DNA of 64,000 nucleotides, from NCBI GenBank assembly GCA_963829055.1, contig CAWHHI010000004.1, positions 320,001 through 384,000 on the forward strand. Direction: 5' to 3'. Below are positions 11,932 through 23,812 of the stretch, piece by piece. Every line of letters starts with the position of its first letter. The first letter of the stretch is position 1. Below the pieces are notes generated by a model. The model did no database searches and had not been told where the DNA came from. It saw nothing but the letters and a program-made list of their open reading frames with translations. A program made the position numbers and the translations under genes. This DNA is from an uncultured Gemmatimonadaceae bacterium. Lineage in GTDB: Bacteria > Gemmatimonadota > Gemmatimonadetes > Gemmatimonadales > Gemmatimonadaceae.

Positions 11932-13593
11932 TCACGCTGGAACGCGCTCACGACCAGTCCGACGATCACCACCGTCACCGCGCCGATCACGTTGTGCCAG
12001 AGGAACGCGACCTCCGGCGGCCGAACGTTCACCGCGCCAACCACCGAGATGCCCGCGATGCAGCCCGATGAACGCGCCCGTGCGCACGTGACCCTCGGAA
12101 TCATCGCCAGCAGGAAGACGCCGAGGATCGAGCCGTAGAAGAACGAGCCGAACCGGTTCACGACCTCGATCAGCGAGCCGAGGCTCACCGCGTACGATCG
12201 CGATGATGCACGCGAAGACGCCCCAGATCACCGTCGCGATCTTCGACGCCCGGACATACGCGGCGTCCGGCGCGTTAGGCCGCAACCACCGGCGGTAGAA
12301 GTCGATCACCGACGCCGTCGCCAGCGAGTTGAGCTCGCCGGCCACCGCCGACATTGCGGCCGCCATCACCGCCGCGATGAAGATCCCCGTCAGACCCACG
12401 GGCAAGGTCGAACAGCACGAAGTGCGGGATGATGTAGTTCACATCCCTCGACGACTCGCCGGTCACGCGCGCCGCCAGCGCCAGCGCCTCCGTGCGCACG
12501 TCCTCGACGCGTTTCTCGGCCGATGCGGAACGCTGTCGCGCGTGGCCGACGTCTTCGCGCGCGGCGATCGCCACGTGCGGCCGCGTCACGTTGCGCGAGT
12601 GCGGCGCCGTATTGCGTCGCCAGCGCCTGGTACTGCCGCCGGCTGCGCCTCCCGCACGCGACGGTCGTGTGTCGGGTTGAACAGCATCGGCGGCGGCTGG
12701 AACAGGTAGATACACGAACACCAGCACGCCGACGAGCAGCACTCCGGCCTGAAGCGGGATCTTCCAGTACGCGCTGATGAGCAGCGAGCTTCGCGCCTCG
12801 TCCACGGACTTCGCCGTGAGGAACCGCTGCACCTGGCTCTGATCGGTGCCGAAGTACGACAGCATCAGGAACGTGCCGCCAATGAGCCCCGACCAGAACG
12901 TGTACGTGCTGCGTGATGTCGAACGAGAAGTCGAACACCCGCAGCCGCCCGACAGCGCCGGCGACGTGGAGCGCCTGCGTCGGGGCTCACGGGCAACTTG
13001 AACAGCACCACCGCGATCACGGCCGCGATCGCGGTCACGACGAGCACCATCTGCTTGACGTCGGCCCACGTGACCGCCTGTACGCCGCCGACGATCGTGT
13101 AGATCACGGTTGGGATTCCCATGATTGCGACCGACCAGCCCGACCGGCCAGCCGAAGATCGATGAGAACACGACCGCGGGCGCGGCGAGAATCGTCCCGC
13201 ACGACATCCCGCGCGAGAGCAGAAACAGGAATGCGGTGAGCGAGCGGGTCTTCGCGTCGAACCGGCGCTCGAGGAATTCATAGGCCGTGAACACGCGCGC
13301 GCCGTGCAGGAACGGCACGAGCGTCACGCCGAGGATCACCATGGCGAGCGGCAGTCCGAAATAGAACTGGACGAACCGCAGCCCGTCCGTCGCGCCCTGG
13401 CCCGGTCGTCCCGATCATCGTGATCGGCCGAGAGCTGGGTCGCCATCACCGAGAGCCCGACTGCCCACCACGGAAGGCTCCGGTTGGCGAGCAGGTAGCC
13501 CTCGATCTCGGTGGAGCGCTTCGTTCGGCGGATGCCGTCAATCCCCACGTACGCGAGGTAGACGACGAGGATCGCCCAGTCGAGAGAGTGCAC
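11932..13593 (-). CDS. Sodium:solute symporter (SSS family), frameshifted
   Basis: [56 protein letters not shown] and [16 protein letters not shown]; 3' end uncertain. Confidence 0.9.
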
Positions 13594-13601
13594 GAATCCC
13601 G

Positions 13602-13732
13602 TCAGGCTCGTGTAGCGCGACTGCAGCAGCCACAGGAGGAGCAGCGCTCCGACCTGAACGGCCATCACGCGAATCAATGTCTGCCGAAACGTCGGGGTCG
13701 CCGGCGCCGGCGACTCACTCGGGCGATGTCAT
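13602..13732 (-). CDS. Small single-TM membrane protein upstream of the symporter
   Basis: ...[28 protein letters not shown]; a TGA at 13602-13604 lies one base out of frame, just before the symporter GTG. Confidence 0.45.
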
Positions 13733-13897
13733 GTCGGGATCGGTGGGTGTCGTGACTCGTGCGCGCATGGAGCGCGGCCGAAGTATCCACTCGCGCGCGC
13801 AACCGGAGCAAGGAGTGCGGCGATGGTCAGGATGAAACCCTGACCTTGTTAGATTCTCGCTGGAGGGCAGCAGCGACTCCAACTCGCTCCAGTGCTC

Positions 13898-15252
13898 ATG
13901 GCCAATGATAGCTACAGCGCTCGCCTGGCAGCGACCGCGCGTGGTGATCGTCGGTGGCGGGTTCGGCGGACTCACCGCCGCGCGAGCGTTTCGCCGATCT
14001 CGACGTCGACGTCACTGTCATCGACCGAGAACAATCACCACACGTTCCAGCCACTCCTCTATCAGGTAGCGACGGCGACGCTCAATCCGAGCGACATCAC
14101 GGCACCGATCCGGCATCGTGCTGCGCTACTCAGCGGAATGCGACGGTGCTGCTCGCGGACGTGATCAGTGTCGACGTCGCGAACCGCACGATCTAACCAT
14201 CGAGGAAGTGCGTGGTCGCATCGCGACGTCGTCCGCTACGACTATCTCATTCTCGCTGCGGGCGCTCGCCACTCGTACTTCGGCCACGACGAGTGGGAAG
14301 TCAGATCGCGCCGGGACTCAAGACCATCGACGATGCGCTCGAGATTCGTCGTCGGTTCCTGCTCGCGCTCGAGCGGGCGGAGCTCACCGATGATCCGGAC
14401 GAGCGCGACAGAGTACATGACGATCGTCATCGTGGGTGGTGGGCCAACGGGCGTCGAGCTCGCGGGCCTCATTCCCGACGTGCTTCGTGGTATCCGTCGC
14501 GACTTTCGCCGCATTGATCCGACTCGCGCGCGCGTGATTCTCATCGAGGGTGGGCCGCGCCTGCTGGCCGCGTTTCCGCAGGAGATGTCGGATCGCGCGC
14601 TGTCGGATCTACGCGAGCTCGGCGTGGACGTGAGGCTCGATTCGGTCGTGACGCGCGTCGAGCGCACGACGGCGTGCATTGGCTCTGGCGAGTGCATTCG
14701 CGACGCGAACGATTTTCTGGGCTGCCGGCAACGCAGCGTCGCCGCTTGCGCGATCGCTCGGCGCACCGCTCGATCGTGCCGGACGCGTTCTCGTGCAGCC
14801 AGATCTTGTCGGTTCCCAGACCATCCGGAGGTGTTCGTCGTCGGCGACATGGCTACGCTGACGGACGTGCGGGGCGTACGGTTCCGTGGCGTGGCGCCGG
14901 CTGCGAATCAGCAGGGCAAGCGCGCCGCCGAGAACATCAAGCTGCTGATTGCGTGACGAGAAAACCGATCGCATTCCGCTATCGCAACAAGGGAGACCTC
15001 GCAACGATCGGCCGATACAAGGCCGTCGCGGACTTCGGGAGCTTTCGCGTCACCGGCTGGATCGCGTGGTGGTTCTGGCTGTTCGTTCACATCATGTATC
15101 TCGTCGGTTTCCGGAACCGCCTCAGCGTGCTGCTGCAGTGGGCGTATTCCTACTTCACGTATCAGCGGGGCGTCCGACTGATCACGCACGAGGATACGGA
15201 ACGGGAGGACCGCTTGGCCGGCGCGTGGCCAGCGCTGAGGACGCGCGCATGA
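13898..15252 (+). CDS. ndh: Type II NADH dehydrogenase-like NAD(P)/FAD oxidoreductase, frameshifted
   Basis: VVIVGGGFGGL, NHHTFQPLLYQVAT, IVGGGPTGVELAG, VFVVGD, FRYRNKGDLATIGR and WLFVHIMYLVGFRNR. Confidence 0.88.
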
Positions 15253-15401
15253 CTCGCGAACGTGAACAGATTTCAATGCGCGAGTCTATGGGCGAATGAT
15301 CTGACCTTTGGTTGACGTGCCGAGCAATTGGTCGAATATTCGAAACCCGCGGGGACGTCGACGCCGATGAATCCGCCGCGCACGGCTACTCGGAGCACTG
15401 C

Positions 15402-16030
15402 ATGGCAGCGGATGGCCGTAGCACTACGGCGATCGATGCTCCACCGTCTCCGGTCCGCGTCCTCATCGCTGAGGACGACACCGATCTGCGCGGGGTACTC
15501 AGTCGGAGTCTGAGCGCTATCGGGCACGTCGTCGTCGGCGAAGTAGCGACGATCAGCGGAGGCCATCGAGCGCACGCGCGAGCTCGTCGCCCGACGTGCT
15601 GCTGCTCGATGCGCATCTCGGTCCCGACAAGATGCGTCGAGGCCGCGAAGACGCTCGCGACCGACAATCCCGGCGTGGCGGTCATCTACCTCTGTGGCGA
15701 GCCGGAATTCGTGCTGCGAAGGAGACGTCGCGGGACACGACGGCGATCTCGGTGCTGCCGAGCTCGTGCCCCGCGTCGCGTGCTCGACTCGAGCATTCGA
15801 CTCGCCGCGCAGCGCGCGCGCGAGCTGCGTGCGGCTCGCGAGGAAGTCGCGCGAGTTGGCAGCAGCTCGAGAACCGCAAGGCGATCGAGCGCGCCAAGGG
15901 CATCCTGATGCGGCGCACTGGACTCTCGGAGCAGGAAGCGTATCGCATCCTCCAGCGCACGAGTCAGGACCGATCAGTCCCGATGGTCGACGTCGCGCAG
16001 GAAGTGTTGGACAGCGAACCGGGTAGATAG
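15402..16030 (+). CDS. REC-ANTAR response regulator (RNA antiterminator), frameshifted
   Basis: VLIAEDD and LLLD receiver; C-terminal LENRKAIERAKGILMRRTGLSEQEAYRILQRTSQD is an ANTAR signature. Confidence 0.88.
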
Positions 16031-16046
16031 GGACTCGGCATGCGGG

Positions 16047-16174
16047 TATCAGCTATCAGCTATCGGAGCACGGGAAACGGTGAAACCCTCGGGACGTCTC
16101 TCTTGGCGAGCGAGATCATCCCGAGGGTTTCCGCTTCCCGTTTCCCGTAGCTCGATAGCTGCCAGCTGATAGCT
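16047..16174. terminator. Long hairpin between convergent genes, likely a bidirectional terminator
   Basis: AGCTATCAGCT...CGGGAAACGG..GAAACCCTCGGGA pairs with TCCCGAGGGTTTC..CCGTTTCCCG...AGCTGATAGCT. Confidence 0.65.
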
Positions 16175-16183
16175 TCTGCTTCT

Positions 16184-17568
16184 CTACGCCGTCGCCGGCG
16201 GACTAACGAACTGCTCGAGCCCCACGCCCAGCATTAGCGTCGCCAGCACGACAGCGGCCGACGTGAAGAACGGAACGCCCGTGCCGAGGTGATCGTAGGC
16301 GAAGCCCGCCCACAGCGGCGCGATGATGCGCGCGACACCGCCGAACGTCTGCTGCACGCCCATGTACAATCCTCGCTCGCGCGGTGGAGATCACCCGCGA
16401 GAGCAGCGCCGTCACGCACGGGAACGTGAACGCGGTGCCGAGCGGGATGAACGCGACGGCGAGCGCCAGCACCGGCAGCGATCGCGCGAGCGGCATCCCG
16501 CCCAGTCCGATCGCCAGCAGCACCACACCGAATCCGCGACAGGCGCGCCTCGCCGAATCGATCGACCGCCTTGCCGAGCAGCAGCACTCGCGTGAACACG
16601 GAGATCGATCCGATGTACATGAAGAAGTAGCTGATCGTCTGCTCGGTCACCTGGTAGCGATCCGCGAGAAACAGCGCGAGCACCGCGGTCACACCCTGAA
16701 ACGCGCCCATGGCGATCGCGTAGATCCAGATGAGCCGCGACGCGGGCTCGCCGGAATGCTCGAGCACTCGCAGCACGGCCTCGCGCGACGAGCGCGGCTT
16801 CTGCGGCGTCGGATGCTGCGCCTCGCTCACCGCGGCGCGACTCGCGCAGGTAGTGCCACGCGAACGCCATGTTCACGAGGCAGAGCAGCGCCGCGAGCAG
16901 ACCGGGCATCGCGTGACCCACCGCGTGCAGCCCCGCAACGTCACCGCCGCCCAGGTTGCACACCTTGTTGCCTAACGTGATGGAAAAGGCGCCGAGCACC
17001 GGGCCGAACGCGACGCCGAGGTTCGTGGCGGCGGAGAGCCAGCCGAGCCCGCGCGCGCGCTGATCGGGCTCCACCGAGTCCGCGACGTACGCCTGGATCA
17101 CGCCGACCGTGCCGCCGCCCGCGCCCTGGACGATGCGCGAGATGAACAGCATCGCCAGCGAGTTGGCGAAGCCGAAGATCACGTACGCGATCGCCGACGC
17201 GCCGAGCGCGACGAGCAGGGCGGGGCGTCGCCCGAATCGATCCGAGAACCGCCCCCACACCGGCGCGCTCACGAGCTGCGCGACCGTGAACGTCGACACG
17301 AGCAGCGCGACCACGGATGCCGATACCGAAATGCACGCGCGCCGATGTTGAACCCTTCGCCGCCCAACCTGCGCGCGTAGAACGGAAGGATCGGCACGAC
17401 GATCAGCAGCCCGACCATGTCGAGGAATGCCGTCGCCATCAGCACCATGAGCTTCGCCGGAATCTTCCGAAGCTCGCGGCCCAGTGTGTACAGGAGTCCC
17501 ACCGCGAGCGCGCCGAGAACGATGCGCACGGCGGGGTGCTCGAGTGATGTCGCGATGTCGAGGACCAT
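16184..17568 (-). CDS. MFS transporter, TetA/DHA1-like, frameshifted
   Basis: FLDMVGLLIVVPILPFYA, WGRFSDRFGRRP (motif A), RIVQGAGGGTVGVIQAYVAD and GVAFGPVLG. Confidence 0.88.
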
Positions 17569-17675
17569 GAGGATCTATATGTACGACGCGCGCGGCAGGC
17601 CGCGTCGCGTCCGAACTGGATCGTTTACCGAATCACAACTTCCTGACCTCGGCGGCCGTTCCTGGAAACGACGCC

Positions 17676-18553
17676 TCAGTCGACTGCCTTGCCGAGCGCT
17701 GCGGGCTGCACGGCTCGTCCAACGACACCAGCCAGAGCGACGATGGTAAGCACGTACGGGATCATCTCAACGAACTGTGACGGAACGAGCTGCAAGCGAC
17801 TGCAAGCGGATCTGCATCGTCTCGGCAGCGGCGAACAGGAGACACGCGATCGTAACCCGTTTCGGATCCCACTTGCCGAAGATGACGGCTGCGAGCGCAA
17901 TGAAGCCACGCCCAGCCGTCATGCCGTCCGTGAACTGATGCTGATCGAGCGCCAGGTAGGCACCCGCCAGCGCGGCGCAGGCGCCCGATACCGCCACCGC
18001 CAGCCACCGAACGCGCTTCACCGGCACTCCAACCGACAACGCCGCCTCGGGCTTCTCGCCCGCCGCGCGGACGCGCAAGTCCGAACGGTGTACGATAGAG
18101 CAACCACGCCACCGCGACCATGGTGATAATACCGAGCCAGACGAGCGGGTTCGCAAGCGACGACAGCACCCCGCTCCGCACCTCCGCGCCGCCAAAGCCG
18201 GGGACCCGCGGCGAGTTCGACGAGCTGTCGAACGCGAGGCGGAGGAAGAACCGGGTGACGCCCACCGCGAGCAGGTTCATGGCGATGCCGACGACAACCT
18301 GGTCCGCGCGATAGCGAATCGTCGCCAGCGCATGCAGCAACGCCGCCACAGTCCGCCCGCGATCGCCGGCGAGGATCCCGACCCACGGTGAGCCCGAGTA
18401 GTAGCTCCCGAGCGTGGCGCAGAACGCCCCCGTGAGCATGAACCCCTCGAGCGTGAGCGCGATGATCCCCGCTCGCTCGGACACGATCCCGCCCGCGGCC
18501 GCGAACAGGTACGGCACCGCGATGCGCAGCGTCTGGATGAGAAACGCGATCAT
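17676..18553 (-). CDS. Nucleoside/sugar ABC transporter permease 2, frameshifted
   Basis: SERAGIIALTLEG, ADQVVVGIAMN, RAAGEKPEAA and AGRGFIALAAVIFGKW. Confidence 0.9.
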
Positions 18554-19756
18554 TCGAGGAACCGGGAACGGGGAACTGGGAACTGGGTCCCGGATTCACG
18601 GTTTCCGCGTTGCCGCGGCTGTCCCGTTCGCCGGCTCCCGCCGGTTCCCGGTTCCCGTCGACTCGCGCTCGCGAGCGCACGTCGGACTTCAGGCACGGCC
18701 GTCGCGACCGCGATGATGACGACCGCCGTCAGGACGTCCACCATCTGTTTGGGCACGAGCGCGTTCACGGCGAGCCCGCCCTGAGAGAGCGTCGCGAACA
18801 GCAGCGCCGCGATGATCACGCCCACGTGGGTGATTTCGACCCACCAGCGCGACCGCGATGCCCAGAAAGCCGCTGCCGGTACCGAAGCCTTCCTCGTAGT
18901 AGTGCTTGTAGCCGAGGACGTAGTTCAGGCCACCGAGGCCGGCGAGCGCACCGCTCAGGATCATGGTTCTGGCCCACACTGCGCCTACGCGAACGCCGCC
19001 GTATTCGGCCGCGTCGGGCTGCAGTCCCACGGCGCGAAGCTCGTAGCCGGGTCGCGTCCGGAACAGGTACCACCAGACAGCCGACCGCGGCGACGATCGC
19101 CAACAGGAACGTCGTATTGGCGGCCGAGCCGGCGAACATGGCGGAGACGGCGGCGAGCCGTGGCATTGCGCCGGCCTGCATTTCCGGCGTGTGCAGTGTT
19201 TCGGGGACGTGAATGTGCGCGGCGACAATGTAGTTCAGCAGCGCGAGCACGATGAAGTTGAGCATGATCGTGACGATCACTTCGCTCGCGCCGAAGCGCG
19301 CCTTGAGCACGCCCGGAATCGCGCCGACGACGCCACCTCCCGCGCCGGCCGCCACGATGCAGAGCAGAATCGCGATCACGGCCGGCGTTCCCGCGGGCAG
19401 CGACAGCCCGACGAGCGCCGCGAGAAAGCCGCCGCTCGCGAGCTGGCTCTCAGCGCCGATGTTGAACAGTCCGGCGCGGATACCGATCGCGACGGCGAGT
19501 CCGGTGAACGTCAGCGTGGTCGCCTTGTAGATGACCTGACCGAAGCCGTACGCATTGCCCCACGTGCCTTCGAGCAGCTGGCGGAAGACGTCGCCCGGTG
19601 ACTGCCCGAAGATGATGATGAGGATGTCGCCGACGACGGCCGCGATGAGCAGCGCGACGAGCGGCGGCAGAATCGATTCCTCGATGCGCGCACGCCACGC
19701 GCTCGCGTCGCGGACTCCGATTCTGCCGGTGCGATCTCGAGCGAGGGGTTCGTCAC
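18550..19756 (-). CDS. Nucleoside/sugar ABC transporter permease 1, frameshifted; C-terminus encoded by a heptamer repeat
   Basis: GLFNIGAE, LKARFGASEVIVTIMLNF, GYELRAVG and GFLGIAVALVGRNHP; ATGA and GTGA overlaps with its neighbours. Confidence 0.88.
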
Positions 19757-21399
19757 GCGGCGGTTCCGCTCGCGCCGGTCATGTAGGGTCCGAGGACTTC
19801 CGCGCTCGCGTCGCTGGCCGGGCAGCGTCACGACCATGCGGCCGCCGTACATGACGGTCACGCGATCGGAGAGCGCCAGAATCTCCACGAGGTCCGCAGA
19901 CACGAGCAGAATCGCCTTCCCCTCGGCCCGCGCGCGCCGCAGTTGGTCGTGAATGAACTCGATTGCGCCGACGTCCACGCCGCGCGTCGGCTGCGCCGCG
20001 ATCAACACCGTGAAGTCGCGCCCCATCTCGCGGGCGATGACGATCTTCTGCTGATTGCCGCCCGACAGCGCGCGCGACGGCAACGACTCGTCAGGCGGCC
20101 GGATGTCGAACGTCTGGATGCGACTCGCCGCGTTCGCGGCGATGCGCGCGTGATCGAGCACGCTGGCGCCGCCCGTGAACCGATGCTGTTGACCGAGGAT
20201 GAGATTGTCCGCCACCGAGTACTCGAGGACGAGCCCGCGGCGGTGGCGATCTTCGGGGATGTGCGAGAGCCCCGCGTCGGCGCGGCGCGCGCACGTCGCG
20301 CGTCGGTGATGTCGTGCTGCGTGCCGACCGAGGTCGACGATGCTGATGGTGCCCGACGCCGGCGCGCGAAGTCCGGTGATGGCTTCGATCAGCTCGGTCT
20401 GTCCGTTGCCCTCGACGCCGGCGATGCCGAGGATCTCGCCGCGCGCGATCGGTGAACGAGACGTTGTCTACCTCGTTAGGCTTGCGGCGGGAGGCGACGG
20501 TAAGGTTTGAAACGCCTGAGAGCGGGAACCGGGAACCGGGAAGCGGGAAGCGGGGCTGCTCGCAGCCCGCTGCTTGCAGCTCCGTCCCGGCTTCCCGCTT
20601 CCCGCTTCCCGTTCCAACGGCGACACCATCGATCGCGAGAACGACATCTCGGCCCACCATCATCCGTGCGATCGATCGCGGCGTCGCGTCGGCCGTCCTC
20701 ATTCGTCCCACCGTTCGCCCCGCGCGCATCACCGTGATCGTCTCCGAGATCTCGATCACCTCGTCCAGCTTGTGCGTGATGAGGATGACCGTATCCGCCG
20801 TCGTCGCGGAGACGACGCAGCACCTTCCACAGCTCACTCACCTCCGGTGGCGACAGCACCGCCGTCGGCTCGTCGAGAATCGAGGATCTTCGCGCCGCGG
20901 TAGAGCGTCTTCAGAATCTCGACACGCTGCGCTTCGCCGACCGAGAGCTCCGAGACGAGCCGCGACGGGTCCACTCGCAAGCCCCGTGCGCTCGCTCAGC
21001 GCACGCACTTCGCGCTCGGCGGCGCTGAGATCGAGCGAGAGACCGCGTCGCAGCTCGCGGCCGAGGATCAGATTCTCCGCGACCGTGAGCGTGGGCACGA
21101 GCATGAAATGCTGGTGCACCATGCCGACGCCGGCGTCGATCGCTTCGCGCGTCGTCCAGCCCGTGACGTCGCGCAGGGCGCCGCCGGAGGTCGCGACTTC
21201 GACCGACGCCGCCGTCGGGCGGATACATGCCCGCGAGCACCCGCATGAGCGTCGACTTGCCGGCGCCGTTCTCGCCGACGAGCGCGTGAATCTCGCCCGA
21301 CGCGACCTCGAGGTCCGCGCCGGCGTTCGCGACGACCGGCCCGAATCGCTTGACGACGCCCGTCATCCGAACCGCGGTCGATCGGCTCATCGCGATCAT
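19753..21399 (-). CDS. Two-domain ABC ATPase (CUT2/nucleoside type), frameshifted
   Basis: [51 protein letters not shown] and [10 protein letters not shown]. Confidence 0.92.
20521..20615. repeat. Inverted heptamer arrays inside the ABC ATPase linker
   Basis: GGGAACC GGGAACC GGGAAGC GGGAAGC ... GCTTCCC GCTTCCC GCTTCCC GTTCC. Confidence 0.8.
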
Positions 21400-21406
21400 C
21401 GCGTGC

Positions 21407-22446
21407 TCACCGAGTACTCGGCACGGTGATCTTGCCGGCGACGATCTCGGCCTGCAGCTCCTGGAGTCGCGTTCGCACGGAGTCCGGAATGAGCGCGCTG
21501 TTGTTCGCGTCGTACACGTAGCCGACGCCACCTTCGGCGAGCCCGAACTGGTAGATGCCGCCGCGGAACGAGCCGTCCTTCGCGCGGCGAATGGCGTCGA
21601 ACACGGCGGCGTCCACGCCCTTCACCATCGACGTCAGCACGTAGCCGGGCGCCTCCGCGAACTGATCGGCGTCCACGCCGATCGCGAGCTTGTGAGACGA
21701 TCGCGCGGCCTCGAACACACCGAGGCCCGTGGACCCGGAGGCGTGGAAGATGATGTTCACGCCCGACTGGTACTGGCTGAGCGCGAGCTCTTTCCCACGG
21801 CCCGGATTGCGAAACGCTTCCGGCGTGACACCGGCATACTGCGCGATCACTGTGCAGTCGGGGCACACATGCTTCACGCCGGCGCGGTAGCCTGCTTCGA
21901 ACTTGTGAATGAGCGGGATGTCCATCCCGCCCACGAACCCGACCTTCTTCGAGCCGCCGACGAGCGCAGCCAGTGCGCCGACGAGGAACGAGCCCTGTTC
22001 CTCGCGGAATTTGAGTGCGGCGAGGTTCGACGGCGGCTCGATCGTGTTGCCCTGCGGCGTCCGTCGCCGACGGCGTAGTCGACGCCTGCGAACTTGACGT
22101 TCGGGTATTCCTTCGCGAGCTGCGTGAGGTCATCGGTGAAGATGAAGCCGACGCCGATCACGACGTCCATCCCCTCGGCCGCCAGAAGCCGGAGCCCCGC
22201 CTCGCGGTCGGAGCCTTCGCCCGGCTCGATGAACCGCACGCGTGCGCCGAGCTGTCGTTCCGCGCGCTCCGCGCCGAGGTAGGCACCGTCGTTGAACGAC
22301 TTGTCGCCGCGACCGCCGACGTCGAACACGATGCCGACGTCGACGGCGTCGCCCACCGGCGCGGGCGTCGCACCGCGCGGACGCACGAAGAGGAGCGCGA
22401 CGTGCACCACGAGGAGCACGCCAAGGAGGGACAGAAGCCGTTTCAT
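21407..22446 (-). CDS. BMP/PnrA-family substrate-binding protein, frameshifted
   Basis: [43 protein letters not shown] and LTSMVKGVD. Confidence 0.92.
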
Positions 22447-22512
22447 CGCGGGGATAGAATCGTTCGGCGAAGCAGGCGAAGGGAAGGGAAACGCCGAACG
22501 ACTATCAGTGCG

Positions 22513-23748
22513 CTACCTGTTGGCCGCCTCGAGCTTCCACAGACCGTTCAGCATGTCGGACGCGTAGACGTAGCTGCCGTCGAAATGCACACCCCAGACG
22601 AAGACGTTGCCGTTCGTGAGCCCGGCCGCCAGCTCGCGGCCCATCTTCTTGAGGTCGCAGCGTCCGTCGGCCGACTTCTGGTCAGCCGTGCACGACGTGA
22701 GGTCGCCGCGAACATCGAGCGCGCGAACACCGGCGTTGTAGTAGGCCGCGTACAGGATCCCGCGCTGCTCGTCAACCGAGAAGTTGTGCGTCCCGGCGTT
22801 GTCCACGTGGTAGAACGCGACTTCTTTCGGCGCCGCCATGTTGGTCAGGTCGACGACGTGAACGTCGCCGTTCGACGCGCTGAGCAGTGGTCCGTTCCCG
22901 GGTGCTTCCTCGCCGACGAACAGGAACCGTTTCGCGTTCGCGCCGCCATTCGGGTCCTGGAACCACCACACGTTATGCGCCTCGCTTCCCCCTCCGGCTG
23001 CCGCATACGCCGCCGTGCGAACGTTGCCGATCTGCACGGGATTCGCCGGGCTCCCGCCCTTGCCTCCGCCACCAATGTCCCAGATGGTGACGCCGTCGTC
23101 CCAGAGGGCCGTGAACAGCAAGCCATCGCGAACGAACACGTCGTGCACGTACGGGTGAGCCCATGACGCGCACGAGCACTTCGCGTGGGTTGGACGGGTC
23201 CGACAGGTCGACGATGACGAGACGCGCCGTCGGCGTGTCGATCGAGAGGAACCCGTAGAGCGTCCCGTTGACGCGCGCGAGCTCCGCCGTGTGGACGCCG
23301 TTGCTCGTGTTCGCCGTCTGATACCGTGTGCGCTGCACAGGCTTGAGCGGGTTCGTGAGGTCGTAGATGACGATGGACCCGTTCGCACGCTCAGTCGCCA
23401 CGAGCAGCAGCTTGCCGTCGTCCGACACCTGCACGTCGCCGAGTGTGGTCGCGTTCTCGACGATGAGCGAGTCGACGAGCACCGGTGACGCGCCCGCGAT
23501 GTTCCAGATGTGGATGGCGTTGCCGAACGTGAGCCCGCGCTTACCCCACGTGGACGTGTACGCGACGTTGCCGCGCGTCCACACTTCGGCCATGTAGCGC
23601 GCGGTCATGTCACCGCGGCCGATGCTCGACAGGGCGGGACCACTAAAGGGCCGGTCCCAGTCGAGGAGTCGGAGCCGCAAGCAGCCACCAGCGTGGCGAG
23701 AGCGGGGACGGCAAGGCGCGCCAGGCGATGAGACAGAAGATTCATCAT
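22513..23748 (-). CDS. LVIVD-repeat-like beta-propeller lipoprotein, frameshifted
   Basis: Lipobox LVAAC; repeated IYDLTNP / IVDLSDPSNP / VVDLTNMAAP; VHD, AHN and THN histidine motifs; YASDMLNGLWKL end. Confidence 0.7.
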
Positions 23749-23812
23749 TGAGACGTGGCTACGGGAAGTCGTTAGGTCAGCGAGCCGACGAGATTGGCGG
23801 CGGACGCGGGCT

